A stretch of 62,834 nucleotides of DNA, counting the filler, from Rhabdomonas costata (lineage: Eukaryota): the NCBI GenBank assembly GCA_019059605.1. It is 24 parts of 24 records of this genome, joined end to end, with 100 filler letters (N's around TTAATTAATTAA, not from the genome) between each part and the next. Parts side by side here need not be neighbours in the genome. Positions count along the whole stretch, not along the records: positions 31,482 to 34,000 come from JAHMHO010003009.1; positions 34,101 to 36,623 come from JAHMHO010003010.1; positions 36,724 to 39,246 come from JAHMHO010003011.1; positions 39,347 to 41,869 come from JAHMHO010003012.1; positions 41,970 to 44,491 come from JAHMHO010003013.1; positions 44,592 to 47,118 come from JAHMHO010003014.1; 18 more parts are not named here. One strand, given 5' to 3'. Shown in pieces: positions 31,482 through 45,073 of the stretch. A model generated the notes under the pieces. That model had not been told where the DNA came from. It was given only the letters and a program-made list of their open reading frames with translations, and did no database searches. The translations under genes and the position numbers were made by a program. Position 1 is the first letter of the stretch. The number at the start of each line of letters is the position of its first letter.

Positions 31482-33330
31482 TCAATAAAATTATTATTCA
31501 ATTTTTCTATTCTTTCCTTATTTTAGATGTATCTATATCCGCTTCTATATATTGTCGCGCTTTATCAAAAGATTCAATGGCTATATTCAATTTTTCTTTT
31601 ATGTCATCATTCTGCCCACCTTTTGAGTCGCGCGTATTGCCTCCTGTTCAATTGGCTGAATTCAAGATTATGCGGACGATGTCGTCCAGGCCGGCGCGCA
31701 TCCTAACGAGCTCAAACATTATGAACTCCTTGAAGTACAGAAATGTCCGGCCGTCCTTCACAAGTTGGTAAATGTCCTGTTTCGGGACCTTTGTCTTCAA
31801 GTGTTCAATGAGAACCCACGTGATGGGCCTTCTGCGTCATGGTCATACTCCTTTGATCATCCAGAGCGTAGCTTTGTGAAAACAGCAATGTTTCAGACTT
31901 GATGTTCTCAGTGATGTGTTGCAGTAAACGTTAGCTGTTCAATGCGCAGTGCGTGCTATTTGTGTATATGTCGGCCTAGATGTTCTCCCAGTAGACTGAG
32001 GTGCTTCAGCGCTGGTGGCCTGTTCTTCGACCATGTCTTCGACTTTGATGACAGGAAACTGGCTGGGAGCTGGTGCCAGCATCATCATCAGCGTCTGGTG
32101 ATGATCAAATGGGCAGCGCTCTGCTCCACCGAATACTGTCATACTGCACATTCTCCCTGACAGGAGGGCAGGACACGGGTGGCCACCATAAAGGCACCTC
32201 ATTCGTAGTTGAGTCCCTTTTATGATGGGCCTTTGCCCCATGCAAGCATTGTAAGTGTAAATGCAGCTTGGGCAAATTGTGGAGAACAACATTAAGCTTT
32301 CCTCCATTTTGAAGGTCTTGAGGAATTCTCCATCTCGACTCGAATGGACTCGTAATAGCTGTGTTCTGTCGTTGGAAACTCGTTCGCCATTAGCTTCTTG
32401 ATAATGAGGCGAACGAGAGGAGGACATTTCCTCAGCACATCCCCGATTGTGACAGCCTCTTTCCATTGGGTTGCTAGACTCATTTTTAGCATTCTTTTCC
32501 ACCCCTTTACTGTGTGGATCTTCTTTATCATAAAACCTTTTCCACCTCCTTCGTGGAAGGGTGAAGACTCCTCTTGGCTAAGGAAAATGCTAAGAGCCAG
32601 CAGTTCTTCATTTATCGCGTCAGAAGTGGTCCCCCGTTCTTCCGCCACTTCTTGTATCTTCGCTTCGTACAAAGCCAACTCTTCTCTCTTATTAGGTTGC
32701 GCTGCAACCTGCACAGCTGGTTGCTGAGACAGCACTTTTCACAATGCTTGGCAGTTGTGACTGCGAAGACAGCTGAGGCTGCTGAGGAGTGTGCACTGCA
32801 ATCAGTGGCTGTGATGCTTGGGGAAGCATGCGCTTCTGCACTGCCGACACCGACGTCTGTCTGGGACGCAATGCACCAACAAAGGGGCTTGCCGAAGTGC
32901 TACCCGCAGCAGGTCTGCGGTTCATTGTTGCTAACGCTTTACCGAAGTTAAAGAGTTTTCTCTAACCGTGATGTAATAGTTCAATATTCTTTTTCAATTT
33001 TCTTCTTCACATCTTCCATCCTGTCTCTTTTTTTTATATTACTATTTTAATTATGCTATTGGAATCTAGCGTTTTTTTAAACTATTTCTTTTACGTCTCT
33101 CGCCACCGCTTTATACAAAATTTTTAAAAAGTGTTTACATGACTCCTCCAAAAATTTACCACTTATTCATATTGCTCTTGTCAATAATGAAGAACCTATT
33201 AAACATTCCAGTCAACCCATCCGTAAACGTAGCAAAAAAACAGATAATAAACATCTAAGTCATGATTCTTCTTTACCTTCTGGATCTAAAAAAATCTTAG
33301 TTTTTTCCTCCATGTTATATACTTATGTCT
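31482..33330 (-). other. Composite non-genic insert: AT-rich decayed coding blocks flanking a broken intronless ORF
   Basis: AT-rich 31482-31620 and 32950-33330 carry K/E/I-rich peptides with stops. The middle ORF 32735-32292 continues with stops. Confidence 0.45.
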
Positions 33331-33450
33331 CTTTCATGAGGATTTCGGTCGAGTCCTTTGGAAGTTCTCAGGTGACTGAGCGGATAGGGCGAGCACGTGA
33401 GCAACCAGCATAGTAAAATGAGTGGTAAAAGTGGTAAAAGTACGCCCTAC

Positions 33451-34000
33451 CCGCAGCAACTTCAGGCCAGCGTCACAGCTGCCCTTCAGCAAGGCTCGCA
33501 TGGCCTCGTGGTAGTCCTTGAAGGGATCGCTGTTGCTGGCGTCTTGCAGCTGTGGGCGGGAGCAGCGGCGAGGATTACATGCACTCTCTGTGCATCCATG
33601 CATCCATCCATACATGCACCTGCGCATGCACACCCCTACTTAAGCCTAGTAACACCCCAAAAGTGAGAGTTCAGTATGCGACATTTCGAACAAGTTTTCT
33701 AGCCCTTTATTATGCCGCTGGCCTTCGCGGCATCCTGTAATGAGCTGTGGGCTAAGCACTCAGCTCATGGTGTAGCCTGCTATAGAAAAAATAGCGACCT
33801 GAACAGCACAGCCAATCAGACACACTCCTGCAGAAAGAGAGGAACACAATAGAAAATAATGGAGGAATTGGAGACCGCGGGAGACCGGAGCCCAGCCATG
33901 CCTGGTACATCCACTCCCCTTCTTCCGAGGACGCTTGTCGGACCAGCCTGAACGCGAGCACCAGACCCGGCGAGGCCAAGTTGCCGGCCAGACTGCCACC
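33451..34000 (-). CDS. C-terminal 'EWMY' region of a class III cyclase-like protein (partial)
   Basis: EEGEWMYQ|LQDASNSDPFKDYHEAM, joined by GC-AG intron 33901-33550. Parallels DEG|EWMYVISGAPNPYAALNDAM at ~42280. Confidence 0.7.
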
Positions 34001-34542
34001 NNNNNNNNNNNNNNNNNNNNNNNNNNNNNNNNNNNNNNNNNNNNTTAATTAATTAANNNNNNNNNNNNNNNNNNNNNNNNNNNNNNNNNNNNNNNNNNNN
34101 TACGTACACTACGTTCGTACCTCACTTCGTTTCGTTTCGGGAACAAACCCAGCTTTGAAAAAAGTTCTTCCTTGGCAAAAACGGGAAATATGGTTTTCTT
34201 GTGTCCTTGTCCAGAGCCTCATTGTGACCCAAAAACCACAGTTCCCTCTCAGCCTGACATCCCCTGAAGGTTTTCCATTGATTCAGGTCCAGCAGTGTTT
34301 TGCCCCCTGCGCGGAGAGAGAAAGAGCAGAATCAGAAGAAGGGAAGTGGGGAGGGAGATTCTATTCCCAGGTTCCCCAGCTTCCCCATTCTTGGATGAAG
34401 GAGGAAAGAGTCAACCGCGCCAGCCGAGAGAGAGAGAGAGACGTGGCGAGTGTCTTTTTGACCTTGCAGAAGGGTAATAATGCGGTTGAAAGTTTTAACC
34501 ACTGGCCACTTTATTCTTTTTCCATTTTTGGGTTCCTTTCAG

Positions 34543-36358
34543 ACTGTTGCAGCGGTACCACAACGTTCGGCGCGGGTTGCAGGGGCAGCAGAACGTCGTG
34601 AAGGCAAAAACAGGCACCCTGCTGCTGAAGCACGCGGCAAACAAGAACACGGACTCCAGCGGTGCCGCCGCGATCAATGTCTCCATGGGCACGGGAACTT
34701 TCGGCCCACTTGTCGTCAAAAAGAGATGTATGGCAAGAACTCGGAGGGAAGAGATGTGTTTCAAAATTTAGCACACAGTTCCTTGTGAAAGTCTCTCTAC
34801 ACACGATCTTTCAGCGTCACTCGTCGTGTCTTCAGCTTCCCTATTATCTCATTCTCGCTGACACGTCTTTTTCTTTGTGTGTGTATTTGCGTTGTTGTGG
34901 CAGTTGAGCCGTCCGCCACATCCACGGCCACTGGGTATCACGGCTCTGCAGTGCACCCAGCTGAAGGTGGAGGGGGTCCTGTGGCTGACATTACTCCTCG
35001 CGAGGTCAGCACCAGCCACCCAAACCATTCACCCTTTCATCCAAGTGTCTTCTGGTGACGGATCCGTTATAGGAACCCACCCACCGCTGTAAATACTGCC
35101 ATCTCAACAAAGACTGAAGTATTTGCTCAGGTCCTTTATGCATGGCCATCCTCACAAATTCTCAAGCATTGAACTGCTCTCTCTTCAACTGTTGCGAGTC
35201 AGTCTGCTGCGAGGCTGATCAGCTTTTTAGAGTTTGCCTTTTCTCTGGTTGATTTTCTGTAACGAACTCGTTTATGGCGCGGCCTTCTTTAGGGCCGACA
35301 TAAAATATGGTTGTTTCCATTAAACAATAGCTATCTTGTGTAACAACAAACATTTGTTGATGCTTCCTTGGGTGTTTGCTATGCTGGGTGACAACAAGCA
35401 CTGGTTCGTAAAATGTAGTGATTGCAGGAATGCAGGAGCCCTTTACCATCACCATGGCTCCAGACACGGAATTTATCGTCACCAAGATCGAAGTTTCTTG
35501 TTTCCTCCGCCTTGCAGAGGTTTGGTGTTCCATTTTAGGATGCCTTGCCGCCGATTTAACTGAAAGAACACCTCTGTTCAAATGTGAGTGTTTGTTTCCA
35601 TGTATACGGTTTTGTGTACATGTCTTTGCTTTCTTTGTGAATGCGTTTGCTGCTTGAAGTGCTGCGGGACCTCACTGATGCACATTCTTTCAACTGTTTT
35701 TTCCGTGTCCACTCAACCTAAATCAGAGAGTTGTCAGCTTGCCTGTCTTGAGCTTTTATAAACTATGGATTTTGTGAACATAGTACTGTGTGCCTGAGAA
35801 AGTGGGAGGGGATTGACTCTTTGCCCAAACCGACTCTAATCAAACTTTTTGTCACTAAGGTTTGTGCTGGCATCATGTGTTTCCGTGCGTTTCCGACTCA
35901 ACAAAAACTTGCTCGATTTTGGAGTGCAGGGCAGGCATTAAGGTGACAACCCCTATCAAGTGCATCTGGGAACCCCTTCCCCCGTTTGTTTAGGGTGTAT
36001 TTTATTCATTATTTTAATGACCCGAAGTATTGATGCATTGAGAGTCTGATCCTGTTGCCTGTTGCGCCCCCAGCACACCCTCCCCGCCTATCCACACACA
36101 CACATGCACACACGCACAAACATGCTTATAGGGTCACATACTAGACCCCGTCGACAAGACCTGTAGGGGTTTCTAAAATGCCTCGATTTTTGTGGAAACG
36201 ACAGCCATCCGCTTCGTTACCAGCAGTTGCCTTAATTACCCCGCATTTTATTGTCCTGTATTTTTTCAAATCTTGTGCATAAACGCACGAATATAGCATC
36301 TATTATTGCACAGCAGGGACCTCCCAGAGGAGCACCTAACATTGGGCGGTGTCGGCCA
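34543..36358 (+). CDS. Exons of a hypothetical protein
   Basis: AG/GT-bounded open blocks at ~34543-34727, ~35436-35519 and ~36316-36358. Confidence 0.35.
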
Positions 36359-36991
36359 GTGCGTGTTTGCATCAGCGCAGTTGGGTGCGGTGCGGGTGCT
36401 GCCTGCTGCCCCCCGTGTCTTGGCTGCGTCGGTGCTGCAACCTACAGCTGTCGTTTCAGGGGGCAATTACTCACGAAGTGTCCCTTCCGTCGGCACTTCA
36501 TGCATTCGGTGTCCTGAGATGACCCGCGTCTCGACGGGGACCCAGTCCGTTGCCACGACCAGCCCAGTATGGGTCCTGACCCATGACCGGAGAATGGGCC
36601 CAACTGTGTCTGGCCTCGGCCCCNNNNNNNNNNNNNNNNNNNNNNNNNNNNNNNNNNNNNNNNNNNNTTAATTAATTAANNNNNNNNNNNNNNNNNNNNN
36701 NNNNNNNNNNNNNNNNNNNNNNNTGTGTGTTTGTAAATCGTGGTGGGCACTTTTATTTGGCCGGCCGAAACTGGCTGACCATATTGGTCCCACCGCAGCT
36801 GCGCGTCTTTTTCGGGTCTCTTCACGTCTCCGAGTTTCCGAGAGAGCGGAATTCGGCGAGGACCTAGCATCTGAACATGGTTTTTATTCGATGCAATGCG
36901 CTTGATAGAAGGAGAGAGAGAGAGAAATGTGGAAAGGCCCTCCATCGCTTTCCCGAAAATCAAGATCATAATTATTCTGCGTGTTGCTCAG

Positions 36992-38724
36992 CCGCGCCCA
37001 CGGGGACGGCGCTGCCCGTGGACTGGAGCGGGGCCACGGTGCACGGCCCGGTGCCCCCCGCTGAGATCGATGAAGAGGAGGCCACTCTGTGCAGCGCCGA
37101 GGATTACGAAGAGGGCGAAGACCCCGCCGTACTGGTACCCGTGCAGCGCTTCGATTGTGGGGGAGGGTTAGAAGGATAATGAGTTCTGGCTCACCCAACT
37201 TCTTTCAATAGGCTCACCTTTCCACATTAGCACGTTAATCCGTCTGTGGAGCTGTTCATCCTGTAATACCCCATCCATGGGTAGTAAAACATTCCACATC
37301 CTCTCGCGAGTCTCTCGCAAGCCTTGCTTCGTGGGACGCGTCGTTGCAATGAAAGAAGAGTTGAATATACAATTTTTAACCCTGTGGAAATGAATAGGAA
37401 AGCGTCACAGCGACATGTGCAGTTCAGGAAACCATCGTGAAAGCTGCCAAAAAAAATGCAAAAGAAAAAGATGTCCTTCACAAAGTTGACTGAAAACCGA
37501 CGCACTCCTGAGCTCTGCCTTTGGAAACCCTTTCTGTTCCCTGCCTGAATTCTAAAGCACTGCACACACAGCCCTCCGGGAGGGGGGTCAGGCGGTACGC
37601 GTTATGCGTGCCTTTACCGATGGACGGGCAAAGGATGGTGCTGAGACATGCGTAAGAACAGATGGAAGAACAGCCAAACTCTAAAGATGTCTCAGAATGA
37701 GCCAAGCCAACGCATGAAAGCATAAATTTGTATCAAGAATTCTATTTGGTAATGGAGAACGTCGCCCTGAATGTGCACCATAACTTTTGAGATGGAATTG
37801 GTCATGCTCTCTCCCTGTTTTTGCATGCATGCGTGTTAGCGGCGAAAGTCGGCGGAGTTCCTGCGAGCGTTCTGCCCGGCCCTGCACGGCCGACACGCCT
37901 TCACTCGGGAGGCCGCCCGGGCAGACAAGGAGTCTGCCGCGCCCCCGATGAGCACCGCGCCCGACCTCTCCACGCTGTCTCAGGAGGCCAGAGTAGCTCT
38001 GGCGGGGTACTGGGTGCACCGGCAGGTCCGTTTTGTTTGAGAAAGCAGGTTGTGGGTTGCGGGTTGCGGTGATTTTGGCGCTGAGTGAGATTTTTTTTAC
38101 GGCCTGTGTATCTGCGAGGTGCTTGCAACGTTAATATCGATACAGGATGATAGCGGTGAACCAACGGTGACCGCTGTTAGTATCTCTGTGGACATTTTAG
38201 TATCGGCCGATAAATTAAATGTGTAGGTACAATGGCAAACGCACCGCACAGGGGGGGGGGATAATAAGACAAAACCTTGAAAACCTACCAAGAAAAATGC
38301 TGCTGTATACCCTGTATTTTGCTGTATTTTGCCAAAATCCGCGCAAGTTCTGAGACGCAGCCCTCGGTCTACCACGCATTGGATCGTTTCGCTGCAGAAA
38401 AATATTCGAAATTTCACACCCCAAAATCGCCGAAGTGATGACGAAGAAGAGGAGGAGGATCTCTTCTCTCCACAGTTCAAGAAAGACAGCTCAGAGGTTT
38501 GCATTCAATACGGAGGTCAACGTATTCACCGATGACCGCTCCCCAGCTTATGCACCTGGAGTGCATTGGTTTCCTGGGATGTGGCTATGAGCTTTCTTTT
38601 TCCTCCGCCCACCGGAAACCCAACCCATTTCTTTTCGCAGCTGATCGACCTCTACGAAAGGTACCGCAATGCCGCCGCGGAGTACGATGAGCTTCGAGTC
38701 CTGCTGCGGGAGCACTTGATGCAG
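36992..38724 (+). CDS. Exons of a hypothetical protein
   Basis: AG/GT-bounded GC-rich blocks at ~36992-37140, ~37840-38024, ~38398-38495 and 38641-38724 (LIDLYERYRNAAAEYDELRVLLREHLMQ). Confidence 0.5.
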
Positions 38725-39601
38725 GTGAGCCTAATGGGACACCCCCCCCTCATTCCCTCCCACGCACACTTCCCAGTTTTTTTTGCCTCGTTCTTCCTTT
38801 CTTTTTGCAGCAAACCCACTTTATTCTCGGGATGTTGAGAAGTGAATTTCAAGCCAAGAGGGCGAAGCTGAAGCAGGCCCGGGGTCTATTGTATGTGCAG
38901 GGGGCCTCCCAAACGTTGCTGAGAGAGAAATGCTGCTGGGGTGGGGACATTCGATCCTCAAGTAGTGGTAAACGTTGATTCGTTGGGGACATTACTTAAC
39001 GTTCACTGGGCTATCATTTCGCAGCTGGACATCGTTTAGCCCGTTTCGCCCGTTTAGTCTCTTGAACATTTATTGGTATCAAATTCCCTCCTCCCCTAGT
39101 CCGCAAAAAATCACCCATTCCCAAGGATCAAGCAATTGCGCCCCAATGGATAGATAGAGAAATAGAAATAAAAAAATATCCCGACTATGCAAAGATGCCA
39201 TATCTTTACTAAGCAGGCCCAGGAAGAAGACGAAACAACACACCCCNNNNNNNNNNNNNNNNNNNNNNNNNNNNNNNNNNNNNNNNNNNNTTAATTAATT
39301 AANNNNNNNNNNNNNNNNNNNNNNNNNNNNNNNNNNNNNNNNNNNNGTTTTTTGGGGTCGTCTTTCTCCCTCACTCAAGGCCCCGTCTAGGACCACACAC
39401 AAGTCTCGTTGTACGTTGTTTTATAGCGGGATCCGGTGAGGTGAGATCTTCGGTGGGCTTTTGATTCCTTGGAACCGCAGCCCACACAGCTCTCGCCTGG
39501 GATCCTCTCAGGACGAAACTCGCGTTATCTGTATGGCACTGCGCTGTGACGTCAGCACCATAGCTTTTCAGTGCTGCCTTTTTTCGGACGTGTGCCCACA
39601 G

Positions 39602-39679
39602 GTTCGTCGCATGCGGAGATACAACTTTCAGCTGATCGAGGCCCTGGCCGAGAAAAAGCGCCGGTTAGAAATTGCCCTG
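39602..39679 (+). CDS. Isolated exon, coiled-coil-like
   Basis: cag|VRRMRRYNFQLIEALAEKKRRLEIAL|gtgcgt. Confidence 0.4.
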
Positions 39680-42170
39680 GTGCGTGGATGCACACCATTG
39701 TCCCTTTATGTGAGTGCGTGCCACATGGGTTTGAAGGCGGGTCCCCTGCCGCTCAGTTGCGGAGTCCGAAAGCGATGCAGGCACAATGTTTCAAGGTCTG
39801 CCTCAGTATCATGAAAATATAATGGCAGTCCCCCTCTGACCTGAGCGGTTACTGCAGTTTCAGGCGCGGGCTCTTTCCCGTGAGAACTTACGGAAATGTG
39901 AGACCTGCGTACTGAATCAGTTGCTTTGGCGGATTTCGGGCAATCTGTGCGTTCATTCTCATTATGTTTCATTTTTGGTATATGTTACAACTCGAAACTT
40001 CACGGACACGTTTTTCGTGTGTGGCCCTACTGAGGAGTGATCTGTGACAAGGTGCGAAGCGGTTTCAGCCACCAGATTACCTGACCTGCGCAGAATGTGT
40101 CCTCTGTGTGTGATTAGATGAAGGATAGCAGTTTCTCAAAAAAAAAACACCTTGAAACGTTTCGGTTTCAGAGCCCAGTGACATACCCGAACGTGTTAGG
40201 TAAGTGGCGCAGCTCTAATGGGTTTCAATGATTTTGAGAACATCGGCGCTTTCTCCATGAAACGGTGGGTGTGCTGCTCTCATGTGCTGGGGATGGGCTC
40301 TCCCAGGCTCTGCACGCCCCTGAGGTCTACCAGCACCTGTGTGCGGAGCTCCGTGAACTCCCTCTTGAAGACAAAACCTTGAAAGGTCTCCCATTCCCGT
40401 TTTCCCTCCACCACTCCCCGCTCTGATCACTGTGTTTGGAAGCGTTCGCCCGACCGAACCCCCGCTTTTGTTTTCTGTCGCTTTTGGTCACTCCTCGTTA
40501 GCACTTAGTAGCACTGTTAGCACATCAACAATAATCAGCGTTGTCTGGGGATTCATGGCATCTCTCTTTAGCCCTGCATTTTTACCCTTACCTTTGACTG
40601 CGGTGTCTGCTGAACAGCGAGCTTGTAGCTTACTCAAATTCCTGCGCAGTTTTGATGCTTTCGTCGCATTGTCGTGCTGTTTTTCATGAGGCCCCTGCAA
40701 CGTGGAACGCGAAACGCTCAAAGCGTTTGATGTGTATATGTTGGCATAGAGTCTCACCAAATGTACGCTCCCACAGTTGTGTTCTGCGCAGCATCGCAAA
40801 CCTGCAACCCTGGACGAATGGAGAGCTAACTGCGGAGTGAATTGCAACGGCCACCCCGCACCAGGACTACGTGATCCCCTTTCACTCGAGAGATCAGTCT
40901 TCATTGGCCCGAGTAGGAGACTGCGTTTTTTGTAATTTACCGTCTCTCCCCTGTCGGGTTCTTCATCTGGCACTGCGCAGTGTTTCTGTCGAAAGGGTCT
41001 CCAGAGTGGGGACGTGTTCATACTATCTCGGAGGTTCAGTTCCTCTCGTTTGTGGGTGACTGTCATTTAGTTCTTGTGTTCATCTTCTATACATTTGCGA
41101 GACATTTTCGGTTTTTAGTGAAGTTGGTATCGCTTTCCACTTTCCATTCGGTTGTTCGCTTGGAGGTTTTGTCCCCTGGCTAATCGGCATCACACAAAGC
41201 ACACCTTACTGCTGAGGAACGGTTTTGACCTTTTCCCACTGAATCGACAAGAAGAAAAATCCCCGAACTCGTATTCACCTTCACTTCCATTTATGCCCTA
41301 CCAGTGCCGTTGCGTATTTTGCTGACGGTCCCATAACAGTTCGGAAGTGAATGTAAAACCGAACACAGATGCAGGTCCATCCATTTTTTCTGGTTGACGT
41401 CGGTAATGGGTTTTAGTGCCGCACGACTCGGTGGTGTAGCCGGCTTGGCACTATTGACTCCCTTACGGAACCCTGCCCCCAAACTTACCCAAAACCAAAA
41501 CCGATGGCGACGGCGCAATTGTGCCCTCAGATACGGCTACCCGCCAGCACCAAGCAGCACCCGCTGCTTACCTTCAAAATGCCCGCCCTCAACGCCACGT
41601 CCCGTGATATATCAGCTATCCGTTTGTCATCCGTGATCGTTTGCACAATATTCTCCTTTTTTCATTGGTTGCAAATAGTTCGTGGCACCAGGTTGGCCAA
41701 AAAATTTTTGTCAGGGCCTTTGGCTCCAAAGAAACCCCCAATGTGCCTTTTGAGGACCAGCGCATGATCTGTCAGACCAAGGTCCTTTGTGCGTCAATTG
41801 AAAAGTGGAACCCAGGAGTGCTATAGGCTAAAGCGGAATAATATCAAATTGAATCTTTAAACCAACAACNNNNNNNNNNNNNNNNNNNNNNNNNNNNNNN
41901 NNNNNNNNNNNNNTTAATTAATTAANNNNNNNNNNNNNNNNNNNNNNNNNNNNNNNNNNNNNNNNNNNNTGTGGTGGGTAGCGGAAGTGCCAAAGGTGCG
42001 GCAAACAGCACAAAAGCGAAGTGGTAGACACCCACTTGGGAGGAACCTCTGCCTCTATATGACTCGTTGGTAGAGCAAACAAGAACATATGGACACAATC
42101 CAGAATTTGGGTGGTTCACTGTGTTCGCATGTGTACGTGCACGCGAGCGTGTGTGTGCGTGCGCGGCGAC

Positions 42171-44182
42171 CTGCAGGGCCAGAGCTCCCTTCGCGCGGTT
42201 GCCAAACAGCAGGTTCAGCATCGCGTCGTTGAGGGCCGCATAGGGATTCGGGGCACCGCTGATTACGTACATCCACTCCTGCACGAAGGAGAGGGAGAGG
42301 ATCAGGGAACAGGGTCTAACTAGTCGAGAAGGAATCGATTGCATGAAACAATGCAGCAACAATGTCCAAAGTGAGTGAGTGAGTGAGGAAAATGGCATGG
42401 CTGCACACCCCCTCGTCATGCGTGGCCGCCTCCTTAAGCTCTGCCGCAAACAGCCGCCGGAACTCTGACGCACGGTCCCCCACGCTGCCGCTGTGTTGCA
42501 GGCTGCACCCCAGAGAGAGTGCCCTGCGGCGGAACGTGGGGAGGTCGCTGGCCCCTCCGCCACTGGGAAACATGATGTCGATCTGCGCAACCTTATTGTT
42601 GGTATCGGCCGGAATCACAAGAAGGACTCGCAGTACTCGTGATTACAGGCAGACAACCGAAAATAAAACGAACCCAATCGTCACGTATATTAGGAACGGA
42701 AACGGCTTCTCCAGCTTCTCCTTTTGGAGCTCCTTATGAAGCAGTTTCTCCCGAGACAAAAATTAAATCTGTTTCGTTCAGTCATGGATTTGCAATACAT
42801 GTATAATGGAGAAACGTACATACGTACGTAAGGGATATGACACATAGGTGAGAGAAAACCCATCCAAGTCTTGGACAACATGCGCGCAAACGGTCCATCA
42901 AGCCGTGCGGCCCTATATGATGCCCATCAGTCGGGAACAAAGTGCACATTGCTCGACCAGCTGTCAACAGAACAGAAAGACTATATGACTCCAGAGTGGA
43001 CGCTAAGAACGCACCTTCCCCAGCCATTAGGATACAGAGACGGATGAGTGGCACAAGATATATACAAACAGACGTGCACCAGCTTCGTGACGAAGTGGTC
43101 CCGGACGTCCACCCAGGTGTTGCCGCACACCAGCACCTGGGTCTGAACAAACCGGTTCAGCGAGCACAGCGCCCCCGCAATCGACACCACAGGCCCGGCC
43201 ACGGTGAAGCTGAGGTTGGTGCGGCTGCCCAGGTTGCCCACCGTGGCCGTCCCCGTGGCCACGGCCACCGCCACTCGCAGCATGCCGAGCTGCCTCTCGG
43301 GCTGCTTCAGGCCCTCCCGAAGAGCTAAGGCGGCCCTGCAGGCCTGTTGGGGGGTTCAGATCGAGTTGCACGACCTTTCGGTGCTTCGTGAGACACGAGA
43401 TAAGACAACATCACTGAAACAAAAGGGATTCCGTCAAGGCGTGGAGCGGACACCGGGCTGCGACACCCCCTGGTCAACCCACACACCAGGAAATGGCGCT
43501 GAATAGTTGGACTACGGATGGCAACTTGCTGGCCCAAAGCCGTGGTTTGACAATTGCGAGCGAAGCGGTTCCAAACCTCTTCGAACAGTCCCGAGCTGTT
43601 GCCATGCAGAGAACAAAAACCTCTTCGGGATGGAAAAGTGGGGCTACAAAGAAAATGATCACTAGGTACCTGCAAGGCGTGGGGGCCCACTCCCGTCGCC
43701 GCGTTCCAGGTCAGCATCAGACGATCCCCTTGAAGGGAATTCAGCATCCCCTTGGTCGAACGGCAAACCTCCTCGACCAGGGTGACGTATCTTCCAAACA
43801 GAGCCAGCGCCTGCTCGTCGGGCAAGCTGAGGAACAGGTCTGAGAAGCCCTCGATCTCGGCGACCAGCACAGAAACATTTTTCCTGGAGGACAATGGAAG
43901 AAGCATCTGGAGACGTGATACCAGTATCATCACGAATCTGACAAGATAATTAAGAACAAAGTTTGGGGGTATTCAATGCGCCAGACACAACCAGCATACA
44001 GCACACCTAGTGATCCACTTTTCCAGCAGACTCTTCACGGTGTGGGAAGCCTTCTTCGCCTTGGCCCGGGTGACTGCTGAGGCGCTCGACGATGCCACGC
44101 TGCACTTCCGAGCCCGGCCGCCCGCCGCCGTGGGCGAAGGAACAGGGACCACCAGATCCCCAGCTTTGCGCACCGCACCAGC
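42171..44182 (-). CDS. Class III adenylate/guanylate cyclase-like protein with EWMY tail (partial)
   Basis: Five exons: VSVLVAEIEGF..QGDRLMLTWNA..HALQ|ACRAAL..AVATGTATVGNLG..FTVAGPVV..|EWMY. All introns are GT-AG and in frame. Confidence 0.85.
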
Positions 44183-45073
44183 CTAGATGAGCGGGGAAGA
44201 ATCCAGGATGGGATCGAGTTAACAAGAACCTCGGCGAGACACCAGTGAAAATAATTTTGGAGAACGCCTCATCAAATCATACACGGGAGGAAAACGGGAA
44301 CAGGGTTGAACGATTGTGGCAACGACACTGGCGCGGAAGCACAAGGGTACAGTAGCATAGGAAAAACGTCATTGTGAACCTTCAGCCCGGCCATGAGCGG
44401 TTCCCCTTTTCGGAAACTCGCTGTGCTCCTGTCATTAGCTCCCGTTCTCAGCGCCCAGTGTACTGACAGCATAGCAGATCAACAAAAAAACNNNNNNNNN
44501 NNNNNNNNNNNNNNNNNNNNNNNNNNNNNNNNNNNTTAATTAATTAANNNNNNNNNNNNNNNNNNNNNNNNNNNNNNNNNNNNNNNNNNNNGTGTTGGTG
44601 TGTTTGGGGTGTTGGGTTAGGGTTAGGGTTGCTTTGTGGTTACAAACAAGCGTACAGCACGATTGCATTGATTGCGATTGCATGTTTGTAACGTGCTTCA
44701 GTGTTTTTAATGTGCCTGAAGGGGTGTCAAAAAATGTTCAGCAAACATGTGGGCCTGCAGTGCCAGTTTCAGGCACCAAAATCAACCTCACGAGAAGACA
44801 AGAAAAGAATGTTCGTAAAATACTGCAAAGGAAGTTGGAAAAGGGGGAGAGGAGATTCTAAGCAGAGTGAGGGAATTGGCACGCGGGAAGTGACGCACTG
44901 TCGCGCAACATGAGAAAAACGAAGAACAGCACAGCTGTGGGTCAGCAGTGTGAGACTCAGAAACGAGAAATTAACAAGGCAGGACAACACGGCATTCTGG
45001 TTCAAGCGGATTTTGTGCGGTCGCGCCTCGTTCCTGGGTCTCCTGCATTGGGGCCTCTTATAGTTTTTTTTGG

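Noticed and set aside
33180-33240. TDGLTGMFNR resembling a GGDEF-domain start
   Set aside because: No GG(D/E)EF motif follows and the frame closes; probably chance.
44625-44641. (GGGTTA)n as a telomere
   Set aside because: Only two to three units followed by ordinary sequence.
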